This document shows, piece after piece, positions 1-12,481 of a DNA stretch of 64,000 nt (its first letter is position 1; every line of letters starts with the position of its first letter). The notes under the pieces are model-generated. The model saw only the letters and a list, made by a program, of their open reading frames with translations. It was not told where the DNA came from and ran no database searches. Position numbers and translations under genes: made by a program. Source of the DNA: Selaginella moellendorffii (taxonomy: Eukaryota; Plantae; Lycopodiophyta); NCBI RefSeq assembly GCF_000143415.4, contig NW_003314296.1, forward strand, positions 372,001-436,000, written 5' to 3'.

Positions 1-3000
1 AAAATGACTAAAATGCACACCTTAAACAAGGACAATACTGCAATAGTAAATTTAAATTGTTTAAGGAAGTATTATGAAGATATAAGCATAAATATTGTTT
101 ATATTTTAGGGTACAAAACTATGGATAACCTCGTGAATGAAGCCCTCGCAAGGATTCATTGTGATGAGCTACCTAAGTGCATAGATAAGGTGGCCAATTG
201 GAAGTGACATCAAACTTTATAAAATTACAGGAAGGCAAATTAATTCTTCAATTATGGGATATTGTAAAATTAGTTTTCAAAATGGATGGAGGGGATATTA
301 AGATCACTCAGGATTTTATTTCCAAGTTTTTCTATCTCCCTATAAAGTTAGATCAGTGGAATTGGATAGAAGGAGTAGTCTTTCCTAATAAGCTCAGATA
401 GGGATCTGTTCATTTAAAACATAGGGAAAATATATATCTCTTGGGAAATATTCGTATTTATACTAGAGAAACCCTCATATATCTTAGTGCTTTCTTTGAC
501 AGAGAAGTTCCAAAGAAAAATTTCAAGGGATACATTGGATAGATATTTTTTTCTCTAGAGCAAACATTCCTTCAAAATCTTGTTAGTGGCCTATAGAAAC
601 TTTCTCTAGGCAATGCAAGACTTATAGAAAAAGAAAAAAGAAGGGGTAAATACTCTAAGAATAACATTATACTTTTCTTGCCCCATTTTATAAACTTTGC
701 CAACAAACTATGAGGTTTAATGAGTAGCAATTACTAGGCCAACAAGGAAAAAATATTCCACAATATGTTTGCATACAAAATCAAACAAAGGCAAGAGGAT
801 AAATCTTAAGGCTAATAAAATAAAGAAGAAAGATTTAGGTAATTTGGAAGTGGCTAGGGAGCTTTTTTTTCTCTCTTGCTCTTTTCCTCTCACTCACTCT
901 ATGCCTACACCTTTGCCAAGATGCACCAACACTCCAAACTTAACTCCGAAGCAATGTACAACAGCTCAAATGCCATATAGGGCCGCATAAGAGCAAATGC
1001 CATCATTGCTGCCTACTGAGTTGAGTGCACTCTCAATTGGGTGGAGTGATTTTGTCCTCATACCACTGCCACAAGCCATCAATTCCACTCTTGCAAAAGA
1101 ATTTTTGCCATCCATAAAGATTTGTAGGCAAAACACTTAACATTAGGCGATTGGGAGATGTAGTGCAGTGCTAATGGAGGTGCCCAAGAAAGATCTTGCA
1201 TCAATGATGCAAGAGTGGAAAGGCAAAATAAGTATGTGGAGAAAATCTCATCTAGCGACAAAAAGTTGGATTATGGCTAAGTAAAGCTATCTAAGGAGTT
1301 TGTACTTTCTCTTTATGACAAATTTTGGTTTAATGCATTTGGGTTACTTACATATGCAAAATTATTTAGAAGAGAAATATCGATTGTGCAAGGGATTGAG
1401 TTTATACAGAAGTGGTACCCAAAGGAGCATGTTTTTCTTTTCTGCGGGTGAGTCTATCCCTTTAGACTCACCCAATTTGCTCAAATGTTTCGCCTAGACA
1501 ATGAGGGAAAAAGAATCACAATGAGTAAAAAGGATTATATGGCTGAACAATACGTCCTCCCAAAGTACATATCTGGACAAGGAGGCAACTTCACCTACTT
1601 TAAGCTTGATTATCATGCTAGGCTTAAGGTGTTATGTGCCATCATCGAGACTGGATGGCAAATAAACATAACTCATTTTCATTTACAATGGATTTATGGT
1701 TGAAATGAAGAATGTTACTTTACAAATAGGAAAGGGACGGCAAATGAAAATATGAGTTTTCATCTTTTTGCAACACATCTTCAAGCATTACATCGCTTAG
1801 GATCTTGCGCCTCACCTTATCATTGAGTCACCACTTGCACTATCTCCTCCGAGGGAGATAGCAAGGGATGTGGAAGTGGAGAAAAATCCCAACAATATAA
1901 ATTCAAGCGAGGAAAATTCTCCCCTCAAAAAGAAATTCCACCTAGATCCAAAAATCCAAGCTGCAAAACCTCCAGGGTTTATTCCATAGAAATCCAGTCC
2001 AAGTATGTCGTGGAAAAGATGGACATAGCATGGATCAGGAATAGAGTCTATATCTACAAAGACAACTCTAATACCAATACAAATCTCTCTGAGCATCAAA
2101 GAAGTGATGAATACACAAATGGACAACACTAGGCAAATGATGGATGCCGAAATTATGGAAGAAATTCCAAAACTTAAGCCACAAAGTCTAACATACGATG
2201 CACTTACAGATATTGCAAAACCATTGGTTATAAATACAACCAATGAGGTGAGTTTAGGCCAAGAAGACCATGCCCAAGAAACTCAACGGGACAAAGAGGA
2301 CAAGGTTACAAAAGAGGGTTTAGGTGAACCTCAGGAGTATGGGTTAAATTTTCTCTAATCCACTTACACATCCAACAGCGAGACATCCTCAACCGATAAG
2401 TTTAGCAAGATGAGGCAGCCACAGCAGTAGCAGATGCCGCATCAGCACTATAAAGTCAAGGCTAGCCTCACCTTTGCGCACAAGTCCGCGAGTCAGCCTA
2501 GCAAGCCAACAGTCCAAAGCTTTATGGAGGAGCTTGCTCAACACATCAAAGGAGGCAAACAGCCAATTAATGAGTCGATGTAGCCGGTAAAAAGCAAGGA
2601 AACTACAAAGTACCTCACACAAGTCTTGAGCTACCTCAAGACAATCACCAAGAAAGTGGATGGAGTCATGGGCGAGCAAAATCATTAATACCACATAATC
2701 CAAGAGCTCAAGAGCACAATCCCAACTTGCACATCCATCGATGTAGAGTGCATCATGACCAATGCATTGCCATGCTCAACCAGGAGAATTAGATCATATA
2801 TCAGGAACTTGATGATCTATGCAAAAGCGTCAAGCTTGTCACTATGAAAACCAAGCTCAACAAAGTAGGATTTAGAGAATCTGACTACTTGAAGATAGGC
2901 AATAGCTTTGTTGTGGGGGAGTGATGAAGAGGTAAACATTTTATCTTGTATATCTTCCTAGGCAAAGCAAAAAAAGAAACCTTAGATGAAATAGAGTTAT

Positions 3001-3390
3001 GCCTAAGGTTAGGCATCCAAAGAAAAAAGACTTAATCTAAGCAAGAAGCAATTAGAAATGGTTATACAATCATGTAGTATATAAGTAGCACTTTGGAAAA
3101 CAACCCTCACTCACTATTATATGCATTTGCATTGAATTAACCATTTTTTCTCACACTTATGATTATTTGTGCAAAGTAGAGTTGAAAGAGTGATATATAT
3201 TTATCCTTACTCTAGCGTTTGGGGTTCGAGGCTAAGTTCTATTTCATTCTCTTTTTATTCTTTTTCTTCTTTTCTCTTATGTTCTTGTCTCTATTTGTTT
3301 ATTACTGTTTTGCAAGTAGGGGCAAGAACACAAATATAAGTAGAAAAAGCCTTCCTTAATCACTCACTTTGTTTGAACTAGGTGATCAAC
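1..3390 (+). mobile_element. Probable 3' part of a decayed LTR retrotransposon (accessory-ORF remnants, PPT, 3' LTR from about 2922)
   Basis: Broken coding-like frames over 1-2700. Purine tract TGGGGGAG (2914-2921) is directly followed by TGATGAAG, a PPT/LTR-start pattern. The LTR end (about 3388, ...GATCA) is a guess and no RT or integrase motifs were recognised. Confidence 0.35.
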
Positions 3391-4494
3391 CAAGATATGA
3401 AGTGCTTTAGTAAATCTTCCTCCTTGTTCTAGTTTTCTCATAAATCTGGCTTTACAGATAAAAAGCCCTTGATACTCAAACATGGCTACAAGAGAGAGGA
3501 GGTTGTAGGACAAGGCAGAGGGCAAGGATAGGTAGTCCTAGTGGTTGTCAAAGATCTAAGAATTGATTTTCCATAGTGAGAAGTTGAGTTGAGTGGTTTG
3601 GTCTCTAGTGAATGCTAACAAAAACTAGTACTACAGTCTCAAAATGTAGGTATTGGGCAATTTTCTTTGTGAATTAGCTATATTAGAAATGGCCATATTA
3701 GTAAAATTTAAATCTTTGTGAATGTTTTACACAAGGAATATACAGTCAGTTGTATCATCACTAAGTCCACATTCAACATTATAAGCCTCGTGAACCTTGT
3801 CCAAATGTCACTTTGTCCAGTTTGATTTTTTTATTTGCCATTATATACTTATAGCTTGTAGCTTGGATTGACGATTAGATTTTAGATTTTGTATTACTGT
3901 CAACACGAAACTAATTTCTTGCCTTACAACAAAACCTTAAGGATTTCCATACAGCTCAAACCTTTTTCAAAGGTTAGTCAAGATCCATATGCTGTACTTT
4001 AGACCTTTAAAGAGATATTGAATAAGTGCTTCATCACACATGAGCTATTATAGATGCTAATACCATAACTCTTTTGTCATCTTTAGTGCAAAGACTGTCC
4101 ATGCAACCACTTAATTAGTTTGTTCTCACTCCTAAAATGTTCTCCACTTTGTAGTCAAGTTTATATAGATCTAACATTTAAATCACAAATTGTACAATTG
4201 AATTAATTGATGGAGATTGTCTTCATGGTCTTGTTAGGCTTTCAAGAACAAAGAAGACTGAAGTGTCTTAGAACAAAAGCATCCCTAGCAATCTAGGAAA
4301 AATATTCTAGGATATTCTATAATTTAATGGTTCTTATTCATTTTGATTAATCTTGTATTTATAATTTATAATTTATTATTTATAAAAATGTTTATTTTAA
4401 TTTATCTAATAGTATATTCTAGTTTATTCTACATAATAAGATCAATCAATTAGAGGCAGTAAAAATTTTTATAATTAAAAACTAAAACAAAAGT

Positions 4495-7400
4495 TGTGAG
4501 GTCTAGGTGTAAAATGACGATATTGTATACTATTATTTGCATAGTGGGATTTGGTAATCATTAAATCTGAACTACTCACTCTTGTAAACTAAGGTTTTGT
4601 GCTAATTACATTTATATATTTTTAGGAAATTCACTAAATTAAAGTGGGTAAGAATTCAAAAGGTCATTTATTACCTTTGGTACACTCTTAAGGGTATTAA
4701 GGAGTATATTTTATATTTTCATAAATATATGTAAGGATTAATAAAATCCTTTTATATAACATTTTTCTATCATTAACATAAAGTAAACTTCCAGGGTTTT
4801 TATTCTATACACTCATATTGGTGAAAGTGAAAAGTGTCCCTAAAGAGTGCTTGGATTTGTGGTTTTTGTTTGAATATAGCTTTTGCATTTTGTTTTCATA
4901 TAACTTTTTTATTTCTTCCTTTTTATTTTTGTTTTTTTTATGGCAGAGTAGCATGCTCTAACCTCCTCCTCCCCATAATTCTAAAGCATTAGTTGATGCA
5001 ATTGCTTGATGTTATATGTGTATAATTAAATAATAGCAACATTCATTGTGTGTGGCTCTTCTTACTTTTGTTGCCAATCTTTTGTGTCCATCTGGATTTT
5101 TTTTGTAAAAATTTTAGAGATGATATGAACCATTAGTTTAATCATTTTACAATGATTGCCACTAGTCATTCTTGGGATGATATTTGATGTCTGTCCCACT
5201 TGTCTTTAAGGGATGCGCTTATAATAGTAGACTGGGTTTAGTGCAACCACTNNNNNNNNNNNNNNNNNNNNNNNNNNNNNNNNNNNNNNNNNNNNNNNNN
5301 NNNNNNNNNNNNNNNNNNNNNNNNNNNNNNNNNNNNNNNNNNNNNNNNNNNATGCTTTCTAACAACTGCATTGGTTTTGTCAAGTGTTATCTAAGTTTGT
5401 TATGCAATCTAGTGTTTATTTTTAAAGATTTATGCTTCATGCAAAGCCAAATATATCAAATAAAATAAAGTTGGGATGTTGTGGCTAGCATTTTGTCAAA
5501 ATTTTGCAAGGTTTCCGTATGCATTTACCCCAGCTAATGCTCTTTAATTAGTAAACACTATTAAATATCACCTAGTTATATATGGTTTAATTCCACTTTC
5601 TAAAGGGGATAATTATGTTTTAATGGAGGTTAACATTGTTACTACTATATCCAAGCACAAAGACAAAGATGTGGTTGTGATCATTATATTCATTATTAGG
5701 CATGTGATAAGGTGACCACAAGTATCAACATTTTCCATATTAACATCTTCCATTTTTTAGGTAAAAGCAACATTTTATTAGTGTTGTTGTTGTTGAAGGT
5801 CTTGGTATAGAGATTCTTTTGGGAAAATAAAAGTTATATAAGTAATAGAGGGTTTTTGTGTGAATAAATTAATGACTCTTCCATCCTTCTTTCAGAAATA
5901 CCATCAAGGGTGTATTTAGTACCAGTTCATTTAGTGTTCACTTTGTAAGTTTATTTTTATAATAAAATATCCCTTATTATATTTTTTGTGTTGGTTGATA
6001 TATGTTTGAGTTTATTTTCTATTACTCAATTTGTTGCCACATATTGCCATTTATATTTACTTTATATGGTAAAGTCAATTTTCATTCTTTATAGTTACAA
6101 TTGTACATATGCATATGTATGGTGCACAGGATGAAGCAAACTTAATTATACATGTGAGTGATCATGAGGTTGAGCTTAAATTATTACAGCACTTTTGATA
6201 TGGATTGATTGTAGTGCACTCATATCAAGTTTGACTTTAACATTTCTTCCCTTTTGTCTCATACTCTTTCATGTTTTTTTAATTCCTTTCATTTTTATTT
6301 CACTTTGTCCTTTTACTTTTATTTTTACTTCCATCACTTTAGTCTTAGCATTACTATCTTTTATGTTTTTTTCTTGCTCTTTTGTTCCTTTTTCAAATCC
6401 CTTAAATGGTCTTTATGTTATGAGCTAAAAAAGGTATATACTAGCTTTGACATTTTTCTTAAGGTTAAAATTACAATATGTCATTCTATTCCAACTAGGG
6501 ATACTTGTTTAATTAAGGTTTTATTTAGTATTGATCACCAAAGAAGATCAAGAGCTTATAAAAAAATATTAAGGAAATGTTAAAGAAAGGTCATATATGA
6601 AAATCTCAAGGTTCTTAAGTATGTGAACCTCATCTTGTGACAAAACTTAATAAGTGAGTATCTTGGATATATCCCCTCTTCCTCACACTATCTCTGAGAT
6701 CATCTAGGACAAAGTTGTTTGTTCAATAAGTTTGGATCCTACATAGGATATTCCTTAAACTATACTATTATTAGTATTATTATTATTATTCTGTATCTTA
6801 ATAATGACATTTAGTTTGAATGGCTCATTATATGGTGTGATTCAAATCTGAGACACATCTAAAACCAAATTGGGCTTCTCAAGAAGTCACCCAATTTAAT
6901 ATTACTCAACCCTTTAACCAATTGAAAAAATAGGTTTATTTATTTATTAGCTCTTTTTCTTTATATCTTTCAAGTAATTTTTTTTTGTTGCTTACACTAA
7001 GCATACCAATTATCTTGGGTATTGCATTTTTTATAAAGGTTTTTAAGTTAATTTTGACAAATTTATGGCTGTTCTAAAGTTTTTTACATTGACGTGCATG
7101 AACAATATGCAACACATCCTTAACAAGGTGCAATATTTTATAAATTTTATTGATCATATTTCTAATCAAACTACACTATTATGAGTATTGTTGAAGTTGC
7201 CCATAACAAAAAAGAAAATCTGAGAATTGTGTGTAGGCATTTGTAAATCTTAACAAAGTGTTAACAACTTCTTAAGTTTTAACATACCTTAACACTCAAC
7301 CATTTACCTTCCTCATAGATGCTTATGATATCAATCTCAAGAGCATATTAATGCAAGAGAGTATAAGCATCCTTAACTAGTGTTATCCCATAATATATAT

Positions 7401-8480
7401 CAATAGCACTTTATAGCCAATTGAGATGAACTACTCCATAATAGAGAATGAGTATTTAGTAGCAGTTTGAGGTTTTAAAAGTTTCATATATACTCCCATC
7501 ATTTTCAAACTCTATTAAAGGGCAATCATACTGTAGTCCTTCATTATTGAAATAAAAAAACTTAATTAACTATATTGTTCGGTGGGCATTAAAGTTTTAA
7601 ATTTACAATTTTAAAGTTGTTCATTACCTTGGAAGTTCAATAGTTGATGTTGATGCTTTATTTCAAATTTCTTTCCCTCATCTCTCTTCTTTTATTCCTG
7701 AAGAGCTCATTTTTTAGATGAGTCTATAGTAGTTGTTATGCTCAATATTTAATATTCACATTGGATTTATTTCCTTTGGATGATGTTTAGGAAGCCAAAG
7801 GGTTAACCCATGGATCTAAAAGTTTTGTGAGGGCTTTAAAAATTTTTTATCACTTGCTAGTGATTTGTCATTTTGGCATTTATATTTTATATAATATTTT
7901 AGGACAACTTTCTTTATTTTGTAAAGACTAATCCAGATGATTATTTGCAATTAGTGGTGCCTTTAGTCTTCATTTCGTGTTTCTTCCACACTTACCATAG
8001 CTCTTCTATTTTAGACAAATATATATACATTATTGTGTGATTGAGAAGTTCTTCTATTAAAAAGGTTTTTCTATTAGCTGGAGATATGATAAAATATTAT
8101 ATAGTATGTGTGTAGCTATATGTGGTGCCAAACTTATAATAATCCTTTTCATGCTATAAAAGGATAGTTGGAGTTAATTGCAATTTTTTATTTATTTAAC
8201 TTAATGACATTCAATTTAATGAGGCCTTTTTTTTGGTCAATTGCTGGGAATGAGTATGTCAATATTTCTTCCAACTATCTAATTCATTAGATGGAAGTTA
8301 GTGTGTTTGCAATTGCTATTGAATATTTTGTCCTTAATCAAATGGTATTCTAGCATTTTTGTCTAAAGATGATTCTCTTGTATAATAGTTTTGCATTTAT
8401 GGTTAAGGCATTCCATGTTTTTAACTTAGTTGGGGATATATCACATTTTTGCAAATGTTTATCATTTATAATTGTCTTTC
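4495..8480 (+). mobile_element. Heavily decayed Ty3/Gypsy element, same family as 28745-33587 (5' LTR 4495-4817, gag-pol remnant, 3' truncated)
   Basis: Starts TGTGAG like the LTR at 33412. LTR end CACTCATA followed by TGGTGAAAG mirrors CACTCACA-TGGTGGAG at 28843. Colinear matches: 5101-5250 with 29251-29407, TGTGAACCTCATCTTGTGAC at 6622 with 30829, 8457 with 32725. No open frames. Confidence 0.85.
5252..5351. other. Assembly gap (100 N)
   Basis: Run of N. The paralogous interval in the second copy (29408-29474) is about 67 bp. Confidence 0.95.
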
Positions 8481-9274
8481 TGATATGCACATATCACAAG
8501 GGTGTATAGTTATGTTAGTGTTTCACTATATAAATTTTTATGGTCTTATATTATTAATGGAGTTGAGTTTGTCTTCATAAAACTATAAGTTGTTGATATA
8601 TAAGTATTAAGATTAATATTTGACAAGCATTCTTCTATTGGTTTAAGATAAATCACTTAGGCAATCTTATGGTATGTGATATATCTAAGTGCTCCTTGCT
8701 TAATTAAAGGAACATAACTAAGCTACAAGGTTATGAGGTTTAAGATTTGCACAAAGATTATGTTCCTTTCTAATTAAGTACACTCTAATTAAATGCATTA
8801 TTGTGACTAAATCTGTTGTCAAAAAAAAAAACAAACTTACACTGACATGGCATTCTAAATGATGTAATTTATAATAAAATAGTATTAAAAAGACTAGCAA
8901 ATCACATTGCTGCTTAATTATGTTCAAATATTTTTAATCCATAATACCCTTATATAATATAAATAATACATTCACAAGATAAAAATCCCTTATCCAATTA
9001 TATGACAAGAATTAAAATATGTTTTAAAGGTGGATTTTTAAAATGCAAAGTGAAAAAAGAATGCTCCCTCATCATCAAAAGGTCATATGGCTTGAGAATA
9101 ACAAGCTGAATTCATTTAAAGATTTTTTTTTCTAAAAAGTGATTATAACAGCTGAAAATACTAGCCAAATCATTATATGATTCACATTTGTTTTATATAA
9201 TATACAATATTCTATATACTAGAAAATCTTACATACCCAACATGTCAATATTAAGTTAAAGACTTTCTTAAAGG

Positions 9275-10476
9275 TCAAATTGAGTGTAGCATTGAGTTGG
9301 AGTGGTGTGAATGAACTTCTTTGTGGCGAAAGCAATGCACAATATGATCATTTGTCAGCCCAGATGCTTGCATGAAAGAGTAGATAATCGCTGGAGCCAC
9401 ACCTCGGAATCCTTTCTGGATTAAATCTTTGCTCATTACCTCTGACCTTGAGCTCTTGATGGGAACTTGGGACGACATCCGAAAACTTGTTACAATTGGC
9501 TTGTTGTTTACAAAGCTCCATATGTATTGATCAAAGCTGCCAAACTCATGGGAGATTTGGAGAACCCTCCTTGCATTCTCAATCACACTCTCCACTTTGC
9601 CATCTTGCTGGAGAATGTCAACACTTGATCGGGTTTCTGCTATCCGTGCTGCATCGTAAGTTGAAAGGATTGATGGATCAAACCCGGAGAATGCAGTTCT
9701 ACAAAGAATAGATCAAATTTAATACTGAAATACAATATTAACTTATAGTTTGATTTCTACCTGTAGAGATCACGTTTTGCCAATATACCAGACCAACTAA
9801 GCTCAGATTGTGCACTAGCAAGTGTGAGCAGCTCAAACAGCAGCCTGGAAGCAATTTAAATAAGTCACATTTAAAAAAATAGAAATAAAAATGGTTCTTA
9901 CTTGTCATTATGAACAGGAACTCCCCATTCATGGTCATGGTAAGCAACATTGACTGGATCTTCACACAAAAGAAACTTGTTACTTGGGAGGAAAATATTC
10001 TTTGAGAGATTCGTACCGCTCTGTGGAGTGATCCATCCACATCTCTTCTTCGAAGCTGGCGGTGGAGAGAAGAGGGGCTTTTCCGGAACGGACTTGGCGG
10101 AGCCGATACGTCGACCATAGTGTGATATCTTTGCCTTTCTTTGTGCTTGCAATTCCCGCAAAGAAGGAGCTCTATCCACGAAATGCTGCCTCTCGACGAG
10201 GATACTGATGGTTGGACTCGTGGGCGAGAGTTTCTTGGCCTTCTTCTTCTTGGGCGAGCTCTTGATTTTATTGAACAATGATCCTCCGGCTTGATCCTGC
10301 TCCGGACTTTTGGGAACGATGTTCTCGGACGAGATGTGGTCGGACTTTTTGAGCAGTAGCATCGGAGGCCTTTTGAGAGCTGGAGAAGAAGAAGAAGAAG
10401 AAAAAGAAGCTGTTCTTTGAGACGTGATCACTTTGGGCTGTGTTCTCCAGAGCGCAGGCCTCTTCTGCTGAGCCAT
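9275..10476 (-). CDS. DNA-3-methyladenine glycosylase I (TAG family), 4 exons
   Basis: Motifs RCGWIT, AYHDHEWGVPVHND, LFELL, FGSFDQYIWSFVNNKP, GFRGVAPAIIYSFMQASGLTNDH..CF joined across short GT-AG introns. Basic Ser/Pro-rich N-terminus from ATG at 10476. Confidence 0.92.
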
Positions 10477-11628
10477 TGGAGGAGAAAAACTTGGAAGAAA
10501 GAAACCTTTCCAAAACAACCAGAGAACAGATCAATGCTAGTAAGCTGCTAGAAAGAAAACTTCTTGCTCAATACCTAGGTGCGTGTGAATGTGTAGCTTA
10601 AATAACTGGAATAGCCATGCTTGGATGGAAATCCTTCTTTGCTTTTCTTTCTTAAAGTTTCTATCTAGCCTACATTTATTCTTTCTGATGTTTAGGCTGA
10701 AGGGATCAAGACTTCCATGACAGGGATGCATGTGGCAATTGGCAGAAGTTATCCTAATTAGTCACTCCAAAAGAATTTCAATCCAAAACCAGCATGACAA
10801 TTTTTTGAGCGTGAAGGAAACACTTTGTATGATGCTTTCTGGGATTGGCAAGTGCAGGGTTTGCGTGGGATCCATTTCTTGGTGTGAGCCTGCCATTCTA
10901 CAGCCTTAAGAAAAAAAAACAGTCTTTTTTTTATGGTGTGACTTGGAAGATATGCAATGGAATTAATTTATCGATATTATTCTTCTGTAATAGTGTTTTT
11001 AAGAAAAGATTCGTTAGAAATGGATCATGGAGGAAAGGAACAACTCAACAAAAACCATAGATATTGCACACTATTATAAGATATTCCTTCTCTTTTTTTC
11101 CTCCAGTAGGTGTAACTAAAGTACCTCCTGGCAAGCTGAACATGATGCACATGGAAGCCAGAATGTTTATTTTATTTTTCTCTTCACAAGCCAAAGGCCT
11201 CAATCAATCATCTCTCAACTAACATAGAAGTGAGAAGATATCTCTGATGATTTTGCAAATGTTTAGAAGTGTCGCTGAAGTGAGATGCCCTTTGGCAGGA
11301 ATTAATTGCTTCCCTTTCTAGCCTTCTAAATATTCCCTGATTTTGTAAAACTATTTTTGGCTGGCCACCCAAAACAGCAACGCAACAAGCAGGTGGAGTG
11401 TCACTGTTTCTGGAAGAGTTCTTCTCTCACACCTATCGCTAAAGTGAAACCAAATAATATAATACTTAATATTATTAATAATACCAAACACAAATAGCAC
11501 TCCTTGGTACTTTGAAGCTAAGTTATTGTCCAGACGCAAGATGCTATCCAATTCACTTCTTTCAACCTTTCAGTGTCTTGTTGAGCAAAGCGATGTGTTG
11601 CAGGAGGAGAGCCAGCACAACCAAGATC

Positions 11629-12400
11629 ATGAGCTTCATTGGAATGTTCTTGACACAACTTCAACCACTAGTCAGGTATTCCAAATCTGGTGCACATATA
11701 GCTTATCTAACTTTCTTGTCAAGATCAGGCCCTCCATCACTCTAGTTTATCCTGCGTAAGTTGAACGAATCCTCTCAAAAACATTGCTTTGAGTGATTGC
11801 TTTGATGCATTCAGGTATGCTTCTCTTCAAGCACTTGAGAGCCCTTTCCAAGAAGACGATCATCCATGGCTCACGTATTGGTCCTTGTACTCATCTCTAA
11901 GTTTTGTGCAAACAGTGCTCACTCTAAACTTTCCCTGGTACGAGCAAGCTAAGCTAGCATTTATAACTTTTCGTTTATCTTTTGAATTTTTATTTTCCAA
12001 GGTTGCCAGTCCCATTGCTAGAAATGATAAAGTTTGTAGCTTGTTGCTGGCTATTGTTCCCTCCTTTCCAAGGCGCAAGATTCATTTATCTCAAACACAT
12101 TTGTGGAAGAAATCGTTTAGGCGAAGAGCTCAAGGATGAAGTGAGATGGGAGAATTTGGAGCAAGCCACACTGGACATGATGAAGCCAAGAACCCAAGAA
12201 GCTGCAATAAAATTCATCGAGAACAATGGTCAGGACACATTTGAAAAGTTGATGCAAGTGGTAAGCTACCAAAAAGAAAAAAAATATCTTGGAGATAAAA
12301 CATAAGTTTTGTGCAGGCTGTCAAAGGTGCGATTAAAAACAAGCCCAAGACGCCAAGGAATGTTGTGAGGATTTACCTCCAGAAACGAGGAGGCTTTTAA
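11629..12400 (+). CDS. HVA22-like (TB2/DP1/Yop1p family) membrane protein, about 5 exons
   Basis: GPSITLVYP, YASLQALESPFQEDDHPWLTYW, CWLLFPPFQGARFIY spread over short GT-AG introns. Last exon AVKGAIK...RGGF ends in TAA at 12398-12400. Confidence 0.88.
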
Positions 12401-12481
12401 ATTGCAAAGTTTGGTTTTATGATAATTTACTCCAGACTTCATAGTTATTTTCAAGTGTGATGGGTCTATTGGTAGGGATCC

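Noticed and set aside
3550-4300. Possible transposase fragment
   Set aside because: No recognisable motif in any frame.
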